From Xylographa opegraphella (lineage: Eukaryota), in contig JALDZX010000010.1 in NCBI GenBank assembly GCA_022813865.1, forward strand, positions 248,001-312,000: DNA of 64,000 bases, in the 5' to 3' direction. The notes under the pieces were generated by a model, which ran no database searches, had not been told where the DNA came from, and saw only the letters and a program-made list of their open reading frames with translations. Shown here piece by piece: positions 24,242 to 36,853 of this stretch. Numbering within the stretch: position 1 is the first letter of the stretch; the number at the start of each line of letters is the position of its first letter. Both the position numbers and the translations under genes were made by a program.

Positions 24242-25854
24242 GTGCAACGAAGTGGAAGAAGGTACGGACGCAGGTAGCGATCCATCGTGGATGATAGCTT
24301 CTTGTCAGCCCTGTTCGGGAGCTAGCGTCCATAGACGCCAAGCCCGTTCAAGCGAGTGCGAACTGAGGCACGGGCGGAGCGGAACCCTACAAGGCAACCA
24401 GCCCAAGTGCTGACAGAGGCTTTTCAGGTCAGCAAAGCTTAACAATAATCAGCTGGCGGCCGAGACGGCGACCGAGAAGCGTGGCTGTCAGATATCTGAT
24501 GACAGGCTGCAAAGGTTTTGCCTGATAGTATGCTCGTGCACACAATGGCAGGGAGCGGCATGGATGGTGCTCCCGACATGACTGAGCTGAAGAAAGGACG
24601 AGGTTCTACATAGATACAGTTGACGTGCTCGACGCCGCTGCCAGGGTCAGAAGATCCCAGCAAAGAGTTTCTACTGGACCAGAAATCACAATGCCATTTA
24701 CCATTCAAACAGGGAATAACAGTCTATCCAGCCAGCCAGGATCATTTTCTTCCGGGTCATTCCTGTAGCACCCTCCCAAAAGGGGTTGTGGTACCAACGA
24801 TGCACAGTACCACATCGACTCTCCATCGAAGAGCACTGCAATCGCTGGGGAGCCACTACGGGTTGGGGCTAAAATCCCGTGGCCCGGAGAGTACTGGCCA
24901 AGCACTAGCAGTCGAGTAGTAGCTGCCACTCCGCGATATCCGTAGCAATCTCCTCAATATGACTCGCTTCATGTATGCGGGACGACAGGAGAGGCGTCAA
25001 GTGCACATGCGTTGGAGTGCCCCAATATCAGCCACGCGTGGAGTGTTCCCGCGATGATGGGGGTTTCTCCTGGACGGCAGGTAATGTGGGCCAAGTGACG
25101 AGCATGCTCCGTGCAGTAGTGTAGGCGCAATACGACGCACTAATTCTTGATTCGGTGAGGAGCTGCTGGCGCTGGAGCCCTTCAGAGCTCCGATTCCTGG
25201 GAGCACAAAGTCTATCCCAGGAGGCCGCATGCCGCTGACCTACTCGGTCCGCCCCGTTTGGACGGGCGCTCTTGTTGACATTCGTCCCACCACGCCAGCT
25301 TTGCCGGACGGTCGTTGCTCTGTCCAGGAGCTTATTGAAAACAACGGTAGGGGTCGGTTCTTTTCGAATACGTCAGCAGCTGCAGATGTGATCTGCTCGA
25401 GGGCGATCAGTAAGTCACCTGAACCTCACCATCACGAACCCATTCCCCCGCGATCATCATGTTTCGTCGTTCTGGAAGAGAGGAACTGATGGACCGCACA
25501 ACGGGAGCGGAACCAAGGAAGCAGCCCCCCCTCCCCCTTCGCGTAATGTCCGGCTAGCCGCAATGGACGTAGGCTGGCGCTAAGAGCTCAACGACAATCG
25601 GCCCACGGGCTCCCTCTCTGCAGTCCAGCACCTCTTCTCACATCACGACTCGTACTATCGAGCCACACACCATCACCGCGCCTCCCAGCTCCACAGCTCT
25701 ACCACAGCTCGGACTAGTCGCTCCTCGAACACCCCCCCGACTGCCCTTCTCTTCTCTTTTGCTGCCTCCTCGTCTCTTATTGGATCAGGCAATCATCTGT
25801 GTAATCTTTGCCAGTCCAGACGCAACGCGAATCGGTGCTGCTCCAACCGTGTCT

Positions 25855-26251
25855 GTAAGTCCTCTCTTGTTTTACGAACACCCCCTCCACCCCTGCGCGC
25901 CGTTCGCAAGAATCACGGCTCTGAAGCTGCCCACACTACCCGGGCGCTCTTGAACTCCCGATGCTGACGCGCTGGAGTGAAAAGCTGAAGAGCGCGGAGC
26001 AAATTAACGTCGTCCGGCCCCAAGGCAAAAGTAGGCAACTTGGCTTTGCATCAGCACCCTCTTCCGTGACCAGCCTTTCGCAATCTGAAACGAGTTCGTG
26101 GAGGATACTACAAGCCCTCGCACCGCGCTGGTTGGTCCGGTCCTGGCTGCCCCTCGATCCGAGGCCATTTCCGAGTGGTGGGAGGTGTCGTTTGCGCATC
26201 TTCTGCGCGCGATCCCTGCCGTTCTTCTGTACTGACTTGCTTCTCCTGCAG
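25855..26251 (+). other. Probable long 5'-UTR intron of the Gbp2/Hrb1-like gene
   Basis: GTAAGT donor at 25855, TACTGAC branch at 26230, pyrimidine tract and CAG at 26251. Confidence 0.45.
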
Positions 26252-26319
26252 CATTACCGTCTGATTCTTTGTGCTCTGAACGGATTTTCACTCGGTAGTC
26301 ATACTGTGGGATTGTCATC

Positions 26320-28747
26320 ATGGGTTGGTTCTTCCTCTTCCTCATATGCGTGTGGTGCTAGGCTAGTCTACGTGGGGCGGCTGGATTACAGCTGAACCGC
26401 TTGTGCAACTCCTACTGTGGTTATTTCGAAACTCAATTTGTAGTGATATCTTGAACGCTCACATCCCTCGTCCTAGATTCAGCCGACGTATATCGTCCTT
26501 ACGCTGTAAGTTACTCCTCGTGTACTCCTCATCCACACCCTAAAGTTCCTCGGTCGATGTTTGTTGTCAATCCTACACTGTGAAGAGGGTTCGTGGCATG
26601 TCGAGATTCTCCGAGGTTCTATCTGCAGAAATAGGTTGCAGGTTCCCCTGCTACCGGCCGACTATCCGATTCAACTGAATCACTAACATCACAACCTATG
26701 CTGTTTATGAGGCTTTGTCTCTCAACGTTCCTTGCGTATACTGATCATTGATCCCGTACAGCGCGAGAGGTCCCGATCTCCTCGACGCCGCTCTCGTTCT
26801 CCTCGTCGTAGCCGACGGTCTTATAGCCCACGGAGTCGCTCTCGCAGCCGCGATCGCGACGATTATCGAAGGAACGATCGTCGATCTCGTTCGCCCATGA
26901 GTGGAGCACCGGGAGCATCTGGGGGAAATTCGGGTGCAAGCTACGGCCGTGGCAGTGCGGTGCCTCCTGCACGTACCTTTGAAGAACGTGCGCAAGCCAA
27001 GGAGCAAATGATGGCATCCGTTCGAGAATCGTCTCAGCAAGAACGCCGTGTTTACGTCGGCAATCTATCCTACGATGTCAAGTGGCACCATCTGAAGGAC
27101 TTCATGAGGCAGGGTAAGTTAGAGCCTTATCAAAGCGAATCAGTGTGCCGATTGCTAACGCGCATTGATACAGCTGGCGAAGTGCTCTTCGCTGATGTGT
27201 TGTTACTTCCGAATGGAATGTCGAAGGTGGGCGCCAATGCGTAGAGATGGCTGGTGTTTTTGGCTTTCTTTTGGTTGGACGTTTGGATTGACGGATTGGG
27301 ACTTTGTCCGCGGGATATGTAGGGATGCGGGTATGTCTGCCCTGTGTTCGACTCGATGCTCCTACTGACCACTCCCAAAGGATTGTGGAATACGCAACTA
27401 GAGACCAGGCTCAACAAGCCGTGAACACACTCAGCAATCAGAATTTAATGGGCCGACTTGTCTATGTCCGTGAGGTATGCTTCGCTTCTGCAATCCATGT
27501 CCGCTGCTCTCCTACCCTTTTCCGAGCACAAGCAGTAGACAAAGGAGTGGAGAGTCTCGCTGACTGGCTGTACGAATCAGGATCGTGAAGCTGAACCACG
27601 CTTTACCGGACCACCCGCTGGTCGAGGCGGTTACGAAGGCCCTCCTGGTCGCGGTGGCTATGGAGGCGGGTTTGGTGGAGCTCCACCATCTGGCGGTGGA
27701 CGACAAATTTTTGTCAACAATGTTTGTTTCCTATTCACACTCCACCCTCGCTAACATCAGTGGCCATCATTAACAATACATCTTTTAGCTACCTTATACT
27801 GTTGGCTGGCAAGATCTCAAGGACTTGTTTCGCCAAGCTGGTGAGTACTGCCATCTGTTTGTAACTTCTAACAACGTTTCGAGCAAAGCTTATTCCTTAT
27901 TCTCTGACAATAGCCCAACAAGGAGCCGTTATTCGTGCGGACGTCCATATTGGTCATGATGGACGCCCCAAGGGCTCCGGTGTTGTCGCATTTGAAAGTC
28001 CTGAAGATGCCCGTAATGCTATCCTGCAATTCAACGGATATGACTGGCAAGGGCGTACTCTAGAAGTCCGTGAAGACCGCTTCGCTGGTCCTCCTGGCGG
28101 CGGCTTTGGTGGTGGACGTGGAGGCTTTGGAGGCGGCTTCGGAGGTCGTGGAGGCTTCGGCGCACGAGGTGGGTTTGGTGGTCGTGGCGGATTCGGAGGT
28201 GGGTATGGTGGGCGTGGTGGCTATGCAGGAGGTGGAGGCAGTTTCGGTGGTGCTGCACCATCTTATGATGGTGGCGCTCCTGCTGCTGCAGTCGCACCAA
28301 ACCCGTTCACGGACTTTGCTTCCTCAGGTGGTGAACGAAGTGAAATTATTTTCGTACGCAACGTATGTTCGAGGTACCGTCCCTGATGTATTGCAAGCGG
28401 CTAATGGTTCCAGTTGCCTTGGTCCACAAGTAACGAGGACCTTGTTGAGCTTTTCACTACCATCGGAAAAGTCGAGCGCGCCGAAATACAGTATGAACTA
28501 AACGGTCGCTCTCGCGGTACTGGTGTCGTCCAGTTCGATACTGCTGAAAATGCCGAGACCGCTATTGGTATTTCCACAACTATGGATTGTTTTGGACAGT
28601 CGCTGATTGTGCGTAGCAAAATTTACTGGATATCAGTATGGTGGCCGTCCTCTCGGCCTGACCTTCGTCAAATATACCTCGGCTGGTAACGGAGACCCGA
28701 TGGAGGGAGCTGAAGGGACAGATATAGGTCAAGACCAGATCATGTGA
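26320..28747 (+). CDS. GBP2: SR-like three-RRM mRNA-binding protein, Gbp2/Hrb1 (SnxA) family, about 11 coding exons
   Basis: RS-rich N-terminus, [55 protein letters not shown] tract, [34 protein letters not shown]. The first two small exons (26320..26323, 26477..26505) are inferred and less certain. Confidence 0.88.
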
Positions 28748-29954
28748 AAGATGGTTCCGAGACTTGCCGGTAACTATGTGAGGTCAGAGCAGACTGCTTC
28801 CTATCCTGGCACACCGCACTTGTCGATACAAAAGCGAGTCTTTCTTTCGTTGCTACTACTCAGAGATGACCGTCGGTCCACGATAGGAGAACCGATAAAG
28901 GAGGGTCAAAATTGAGAGGTTGAAAAAGAGGTTCTAATATGCGATTTGATTCTCCCCAGACTGTGTTACCTTCCAGTCTTTCCTGCATGTATTTTCCTTC
29001 TCGAAGCTTGCGAAGTTAGCTAGGAGGTATGTGGATAATAGAAGGAATGTTGATACGAGGCTGCGGTATGGTCGAGGATTGCCGCTTGTAAAGCGTGGTG
29101 GATGGAAGATTGATGTGAGACGCGCAGATAACGGGCCGAGGTGTATTCGTACGTATGAGGTTCTCGTCAGCTACATCACTGCGGTCTAGACGCCACTGCC
29201 GACACCAGAGCAACCAGTGTCCCGTCCCTCCCTAAGCGCCGCCACGAAGGAAACCTCGTAGGAATGTTTATAAGGTTCTCGGTAGATGTGTTGGCCATGG
29301 TATGCTGGTCAAAAGATGTAAAGTGTTGTGTATGGGTTACGGATAAGCGCATCATAAGGTTCACGAAGGAGAGACTGCTATTGAAGGTCTGGAAGAAGGT
29401 AGACCATTCCTGTCTCGAGTTAGGATTATTACACGAAAGATGTCACGACCCCCATACACATTGCGAGAAGCACCGAGTATCTGCTAGGAGCCGCGCAGAT
29501 TCCTCGTCCTAGTCATAGGATCCGCGCCGTATCCGAGCTTTCACTATCACTTTTGACAACTACTTCCATGAGCGGCTACAACACGTGCTTACCGCTATGC
29601 GAATGAGGTTCAGGGAGGAAAGTCCTTTCGGGTAGCGTGAATGCAGGAGTGATAGTGGATTACGGTCAAAAGACAAGCTTGAGAAGTTGGGAATGCAGTT
29701 GGACCTGACATACGGGTTACCATGCATTCTGGTCAGTGGCACAGCACGACATCTCTGGAAGCAGGGTCCTTCACGTGCGGGTCAATAAGTATGGCCGTGG
29801 AAGTTAAACTAGAAACCATGCTCATACATGACCAGCTTCCAAAATGCGCCACGCAATGCAGAACGAACACAATGAGCGGATTCCAGCCATCCGCTTCGCC
29901 CTTCCATTCCTAGCCCTCCCCCACAGCAGCATTTCCTTCCAAAGTCGAGCCAGC

Positions 29955-32582
29955 TCAGTGGCTGATATACTGGAACACCGCACTCACGGCCCCGCTCCCG
30001 ACCTCTTGCCTCAGCAACAGATCCTGGATCTTCGCCAGCGGCCCGCTCTCGCCCTCGTCCACGAAGTGGTTCCAGCTGCTCGTGTCGCCGTACAGCATCG
30101 CCGGCGCCTTCATCCACTGGCGGCCGTCGGGCTTGCAGCGCTTGCACTTGAACGTGTCGTGCGTGTCGCTCGTCGTATCCGGCTTAAATTGGAACAGCTC
30201 GCGCAGCGAATCGATGCTGAAATGCCGCTCGACGTCCTCCGCCGAGTCGACGACGCACGACGACAGCGACTGCTTGTGCGACTGCCGCTGGAAGATCTTC
30301 TCCTCGATCGTGCCCGTCGCGATGAAGCGGTAGACGAAGCAGTCTTTCTTCTGGCCGTCGCGCCACACGCGCGCCAGCGCCTGCTGGTCAGCCGCCGGGT
30401 TCCAGTCCGGATCGAACAAGACAAGCCGGTTGGCGCCGATGAGGTTGAGGCCGCAGCCGCCGGCCTTGCTGCTGAGCAGGAAGACGAACTCGGCGCCTTC
30501 GGGGTCGTTGAAGCGGTCGACGAGCTTCTGGCGCTTGTTGACGTTCATGGTGCCGTCGAGGCGCAGCACGCCGTAGTTGCGCGCCCGGCACAGCTTGTCG
30601 AAGATGTCGAGCGTTTGCGTGTAGTTGCTGATCAGCACGATCTTGTCGTTGGTGTCCTGTCGGATGCGCGCCAGCATGCGGTCGAGGACGGCCATCTTGC
30701 CGGAGTACCAGGTCTTGACGTCACGGTCGCGACCGCGGGTGTCTTTGGGGACATAGTCAGAGGGGAAGAGGTGGTCGGAGCCCGGGAGGTCGTTGGAGAG
30801 GTCGAGGAGGTCGGGATGGTTGCAGAGCTTCTTGAGCATTCCGATGGCTTTCAGGGGCTGAGAACCTTTGCCACGGAGGAGGGACTTGATGTCGGGGGAT
30901 TGGATGAAGTAGTTGTAGAGATCTTTTTGAAAGGGTGCTAAGTTGCAGAAGACCACGTGCTCGTACTTGACCGGCAGGTATTTGGACAGGATGTCGTTGG
31001 TGCGGCGGATGATGAATTTATTGACAAGCGTGAGGAGCTCGGCGAGGCATTCATCCCCTTTCTTGCGATCCGCGTCCGTGCCAGATGCGTCTCGACCTCG
31101 CAGGATAGGGATTTCGTACTTCTTCCGAAATTCCATCCGGGTGCCTAGGAGATTGGGATTGGCGAAGTTGAGCAGCGAGAAGTATTCCGTGAGGTCATTC
31201 TGGATTGGAGTCCCGGACAAGATGACCCTGCGGTCGACGTTGAGCCCATTGAGAGCGGTGAAAGTCTGACTGTCCCCATTCTTGAGTCGATGGCCCTCGT
31301 CACAGAGCATGAGTCCAATGGGGGTATCTTTCAGCTCGTCCACGTTGAGGCGCAGAGTCTCGTAAGACACAATCAGGACAGGTCTGATTACGGCTCGGCC
31401 GCTTGCAATGGCCCACTGTCTCAGCTGAGAGGTAAGCTCGGCTTTCGAAGCTTTGCCATCCACAGCGAATGGAGTCACGGCATCTGGGCCAAGCCATTTC
31501 ACTACGCATAATCAGTCAAGCCTAGTGGACGATTCAATTTATGCTTACCGAGCTCGTTGGCCCAGTTCCGGACTAAGCTTGACGGACAAGCTATCACGCA
31601 TTTCTGGATAGTAGATTTCCCAGCTTCGGGAGATTGTTTGAGTAAAGTCCACATTAATGTGATACATTGAAGCTTTCATGATCAGTATGTTTACGATGGT
31701 CTTGTTCAATTACTCACCGTTTTCCCAAGACCCATCTCATCCGCCATAATACATCCATTGGCTTTCTCGTCAATCAAACCAGTGGTACATCTATACAAGA
31801 ACTAGAACGCCGCTATCAGCCAGCGAATCTTATACTTGCACAAAGTATAACATACCTTGACACCTTCGACTTGATGCGGTCGTAGCACCTTCGCCAGTCT
31901 CGGGTCAATCACAACTGGTATCCTCGGGTGATCATCGACCTGTTTCTTCAACCCTAATATATCTGCCAAACTTCTATGCATAAGCGGCACATCCAATTTC
32001 GGCTTCTCCTCCTCCTTCTTCTCCGCCTCCTCGGTCGAGACCGGTTTATCATCAATCGTAGGATCGTACAGCACAATAGCAAATTCTCCACTCGGATCAT
32101 GCAGCGGTTTAGCCACAAAGATGGCACCCGTCCTCATCCCAAGCGTCGGAGCCGGCCGGAAAGGATTGTACCCTCCCACTTCCTTGTTGATCAGCGGGAC
32201 ACAAAATCGCTGGCGAAACTGCGACTCCTTGTCCTTTACCTTATACACAGGAAATCGGTTGGCGTCCCGGTTTGCCAGAGCAAGGCGGTCCTCATTCGAC
32301 CAAGGCTTGTCGTCATCCTCGACACTTCCGTCGGCACCGGAATACCTGATCTTTCGACGTTTCCTCCCAGGCTTTTCCGAGGCACGCGTGGGGGTAGAAG
32401 TGCCAGGGCACTTGAAGGGGCGGACGAGGCGGTCGATGGATTGGGGGCCTCCGCCGTATAGACGAGAGGTTTTGTGTGAACTCGGGGTGTTTTCTTTGTC
32501 GGCACCTTCAGTCAGAGCTTTTGGTCGGTGCCTATCGCCAGTCAGACAGGGAAGGGATGAGCACTCAATATAGAACCCACAT
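29955..32582 (-). CDS. RAD54: DNA repair/recombination SNF2-family ATPase RAD54, 5 exons
   Basis: [105 protein letters not shown]. Confidence 0.96.
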
Positions 32583-32700
32583 TGTTTGACGCAGCGTGGC
32601 ACAGCTTCAAAGTAGACTTGCACAGTCAAGAAGGAAGTGGCCCGCTGGGAAGGTATTTCTTGAAGTGGCGGTTTTCTGGTGTTTGGTTAGACCGACCGAC

Positions 32701-32706
32701 ACGCGT
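32701..32706. promoter_or_regulatory. MCB-like element (ACGCGT) upstream of RAD54
   Basis: ACGCGT about 120 nt upstream of the inferred start. MCB elements are typical of fungal S-phase and repair genes, but a single hexamer can occur by chance. Confidence 0.4.
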
Positions 32707-32944
32707 TACTTATCCGCCACTTCACGCTAGCACGTGACATGCTACTACGGAAGCTATTGTGGTTCGATCGACAACAGTGAAGGGAATCGTGTTTCGATAC
32801 AATACCAATTGTGCTACATAATTCCAGTGTGGATAGCTATCATTCACTAAACGATAGCAATATAACCAGCATCTAAAACTACAATAATTCTGATATGCTA
32901 CTGCCCAACTCCGCCCAATGCCCTTTATGATATGACGAAAAACA

Positions 32945-34584
32945 CTACCCCCCAAATGGAAATCCACCAGGGAATTGGAAGCCACCCTGCTGAAACTGGA
33001 AACCCCCACTCCCACTTGATTGTTTGAAGAAGAATTGTTGTCCGCCAGGGCCTTGCCCAAACGGACTTCCCTGGAAAGGTGATCCCTGATGGGCCTGGCT
33101 ATTCGGATCATCACCCCTATCGAACCGTGCCCTTAACTCCGGGTCGCTCAAAACCTCGTATGCCTCATTGATAGATGCCATTTTTTTCTCCGAAGCCTCT
33201 TTACTTATGCCTTGGCTAGAAGCTTTGTCGGGATGAAACTGCTTAATAAGAGCACGATAGGCGGTCTTGATGGTACGATCATCGGCATCGTTTGCGACTC
33301 CGAGAACTTTGTAGTAGTCTTTCGTCTTTGATCGCTTGAGTAAAGTATGAGCTTTTTGAAGGAGAGATTGCACTTGCTGATTGTCGCCATGATGCTCCTT
33401 TGCCCGATTAAGGGTTTGAATCGCGGGTTCGAAGTCGGAATCCTCAAGTTGACGCTGAGCTTTGAAGAGGAGCCCGGGAAGAGAGTTCGCATTAAGGGCT
33501 AAGGTCTCTTCACAATAAGAAAGAGCCTTTTTCTTGTTGTTCATCTTGACATAATTGTCAGCATACGAATTTTCAGCCTATTTGTGGCTAAACAAACCTC
33601 GACATAGATTTCGCATGTCATTTCGACTATACTCCCATACAGTTCGTTCGGCGAGTTCTTGTGGATCGTGCCTCCTACTTTAGCGTTTTTGACGTCTTCC
33701 TTGATCATGTCAATAAGACCGGTGTCGTCTACCGCTCCAACTAAAACTTTCACAGCATTGCTAAACTTTTTCTTCCCCTTGAGGTCATGAACTTGTTTCA
33801 AAAGTTTGTCCACCTGCTTCTCACGCCTGTATAGCTTACTGCACGCTTTAGAGTCCGGATCCGAATGCAAGCATTTCCGAATTTGTGCTAAGCCTTTCTC
33901 TGTATCTCCAATGGAATAGAAGAGCATTGACGATATCTGGAGATGAGGGTCAATGGAACGTGGCGATAGTTGTAGGACATGCTGCAAGTCACTCGCGCCC
34001 TCGAGAACCTCGCCTCTTTCGAAACGGCAATCTGCACGAAGCTGGCGGAGTGCTAGAGCAGAACTGGCGACAAAAATTGCGGTTCCTGCATGAGTAACAC
34101 ACGCTTCCCAATCTCCAGCTTTCGCTGCGTTCGCGGCGAGCGAGGCAGCAGCTTGCGCTTCCTCGAGTTCTGTGTATTCGATTGACTCGGTTTTTCGAGC
34201 CGCTCTGTAGTCTGACTTTGCCGCCTCCCAATCTGCGTTCTTGGAATTTATTTTCGCTCGTTGTAGTAGTGCCCCTTCGAAGCCAGGCTTAATCAATAAG
34301 ACCTTGTCAAAATCTGCCTTAGCCTGCGCATTTTTGCCCAGTGAGAGGTAGGTAGCGCCGCGCTGGAATATTGTGAGGTAGTTCTTGGGGTCTCTCGACA
34401 CCGCTACATCGAAATACGTAAGGGCATCGTTTGATTTTCCTTGCGCAAGGTTTGCTTTGGCTGATGAGACGAGGGATGATATAGGTGTGTCGGAGGGGAT
34501 GTCGGAAGGAGATAGACAGGATGATAGCGGGCTGACGAGAAGAAGGTAAGCACCCAGAACGAAAGGCGAAGCTCTGATGATCAT
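32945..34584 (-). CDS. ER DnaJ/TPR co-chaperone (DNAJC3/P58IPK, JEM1-like), 2 exons
   Basis: Signal peptide, TPR repeats (NYLTIFQRGATYLSLGK), C-terminal J domain KDYYKVLGV..QFHPDK..INEAYEVLSDPELRARFDRGDDP. Intron 33597..33545. Confidence 0.92.
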
Positions 34585-34882
34585 ATCGTTTGTGTGATAC
34601 ACCAGGAGGGAAAGCCTTGAATTGAAGATCTGTTGATAAGAATCACCATAGAATTGAGAGGTGGCTTTTGCAGGCGGCTAGAACTTCTTAAAGCGGCGAT
34701 CCCGATACCCGTTCACCAGCGAGCCAGCCTTACGTCTCAGACCGGGATGTCGCAAAAGTAAAATCGAACCCCTACGGAGTACCGTAGTACATGGATCGAG
34801 AATATAGGGGGAGCTTGCATATCGTGGACAGAAGAGGTATTCTTCGGCTTCGCGCAAGACATTGTTGGTACTAGTTTAGCTA

Positions 34883-36598
34883 CTAGAGTGAAGAAAGAGT
34901 ACGCCTCGCATCGCCAGCAAGAGCTATATCAAGATCCGGATCAGGATCCATGTATTCAACCCCAACCTCCTCATCCCTTTCCATCTCCATTCGCTCTCTC
35001 TCCCTTCTCTCCCTTTCCTCACTTCTCTCCCTCACTGCCTCGCCCTCCGCTTCTCTCCATCTCTCCCATCCACTACTGACCCCTTGCAAATCCCACCACG
35101 CATAAGATATCCCGGGGGGCTTCTGTCCATTTCCCGAAAGATCACTTCCACGACTCTTTCTCGCATTTTCCCATGATTTTTCAGCATCCTTGAAGACCTT
35201 TCCAGTTATCCTATCTGTCCCAATTCCCTGCTCTAACATCTCCTGCACCAGATCTGCACAAGCGTGTAGGTCGCGATAGTGCACCCATCGTAGGTACAGT
35301 AGCTCGTTGTACAACGTGGTAGAAGCACCAAGGACGTAAGAAACCGGGCCAAGACGCTTGATGTGTGCAATGAGTGCCGGTGCGTAGGTCGAGGTTGGGA
35401 AACGAGTACGGAGGAGCTGCATGGCATGGGAAAGCAGAGGCGCATAATTGGTTTGTAGAATGGAGAGGGGGTGAGGAGCTGCCGGGATATTAGAAACTGG
35501 TAACATGGCCGCAGCAGACGCCAGTTCTGAAGATGTGTTCTGGGTGTCTTCGGAAAGAGCTTCTTGAGTTGTAGGTGTATTTGACTCTTCGTGTGAACGT
35601 TCGATGGAACCTGAAGGTGTAGCTTCGACTATATCGCTGGACAATGAGGGTGTAGGAGGAATGAGACCAGGAAGTTCTGGTTTTCGCGACGGACGTCCTT
35701 TGACCTTTGCTGTCGCGGCGTTCTTTACTTTTTCTTCTTTCTTCAGCAATGCATTAAGCTCTGTCGCTCTAGAAAACACCTCTTTCTCCAGCACGCGCCA
35801 TATCTCAATATCGGTTTTTGCTGCATCAAAAAGTGCTGTGACACGAGACATGTCCTCCTTTCTTGTTTCCTCCACGAGTCTCTCGTATTCATCAGCAGGC
35901 TTCTTCTCCACATCCTCCACGTTCTCAGGCTGCGAGACGGCAATGCGGCGGAAGCCCCTTACATTGTCAGCGTCATCGTTTCTGAAACGGTGGGCTGCAT
36001 ATGTTTCTCGTGCCGAATCTAAGGACTGTTGTAGTGAAGGGGATAAGACACTGCGGAAAGCGATTCTTGAATCGGATACACTGCGCCGAACGAGTCCACC
36101 TCGTGGTTGCTCTGGAGACTGAGGTAAATCTTTAAGAATACGTCGATTAGAGAAGGACGGTGCTTTTTGAGGGCGCTTCTTAACCTCAATCAGAGCTTCA
36201 TTAAAGATAGACTCCAAGCTCTCATTGTCTGAGCCTTTCTCTTCCAGAGACTCAGAATGCGAATGGTCGTGAGAATCGGCTGTGGGTTTCTGACCTGTGA
36301 CTAGCTTTTTGAAAATGCGATCGAATATAGCACGCTCGGGGGCAGTTATCGTAGATTCCGGGAGTCTTAAAGGAGGAGCATTGGTGGTTGAGGATTTTCG
36401 AAATGACTTTTCCTCGATTGCTTGATATCTTCCTGAGGTGCTTATATGCTGCTTCGAACGTTTTGTACTTTCACCGACATGCTTATGAACGGAATCAAGC
36501 AACGTTCGGGTCTGATAGAGGAAAATAAGCGGGCCGGAGGAGTTTCTGGCACTTGCTTGACATAGGTAACGACATATCCCCAGCGTGTCTCTCGACAT
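34883..36598 (-). CDS. Mtf2-like mitochondrial protein
   Basis: Presequence-like start with FLYQTRT, STIT..ERAIFDRIF, AKTDIEIWRVLEKEVF, IKRLGPVSYVLGASTTLYNELL..RW..Y.DL. Single long exon. Confidence 0.7.
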   Translation of the reverse strand: MSRDTLGICRYLCQASARNSSGPLIFLYQTRTLLDSVHKHVGESTKRSKQHISTSGRYQAIEEKSFRKSSTTNAPPLRLPESTITAPERAIFDRIFKKLVTGQKPTADSHDHSHSESLEEKGSDNESLESIFNEALIEVKKRPQKAPSFSNRRILKDLPQSPEQPRGGLVRRSVSDSRIAFRSVLSPSLQQSLDSARETYAAHRFRNDDADNVRGFRRIAVSQPENVEDVEKKPADEYERLVEETRKEDMSRVTALFDAAKTDIEIWRVLEKEVFSRATELNALLKKEEKVKNAATAKVKGRPSRKPELPGLIPPTPSLSSDIVEATPSGSIERSHEESNTPTTQEALSEDTQNTSSELASAAAMLPVSNIPAAPHPLSILQTNYAPLLSHAMQLLRTRFPTSTYAPALIAHIKRLGPVSYVLGASTTLYNELLYLRWVHYRDLHACADLVQEMLEQGIGTDRITGKVFKDAEKSWENARKSRGSDLSGNGQKPPGISYAWWDLQGVSSGWERWREAEGEAVRERSEERERRERERMEMERDEEVGVEYMDPDPDLDIALAGDARRTLSSL

Positions 36599-36853
36599 GA
36601 CTTGCCAAATTCTTGGCGATCGAACTGCAAAAGAGCCCTCCTCCAATTACACGTGGCAATGTTTTGGGTAGATGTCCGTCAAACCACGGCGAAAATGTTT
36701 CCGCTCACTAAGGTACTCATGCTCGATATCAATGCTCTATCGTACTGATAAATGTGTATATGTCAGTCCGATCTACGGCGTACTTTCTCAGCTAAAATTG
36801 TCTCGTCCCTCGGCACGTATTTGAAATATCATGACCAGATTCGATTTGAGATA

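Noticed and set aside
29844..30941. 365-aa plus-strand ORF antisense to RAD54
   Set aside because: Antisense shadow of a GC3-rich CDS with no domain.
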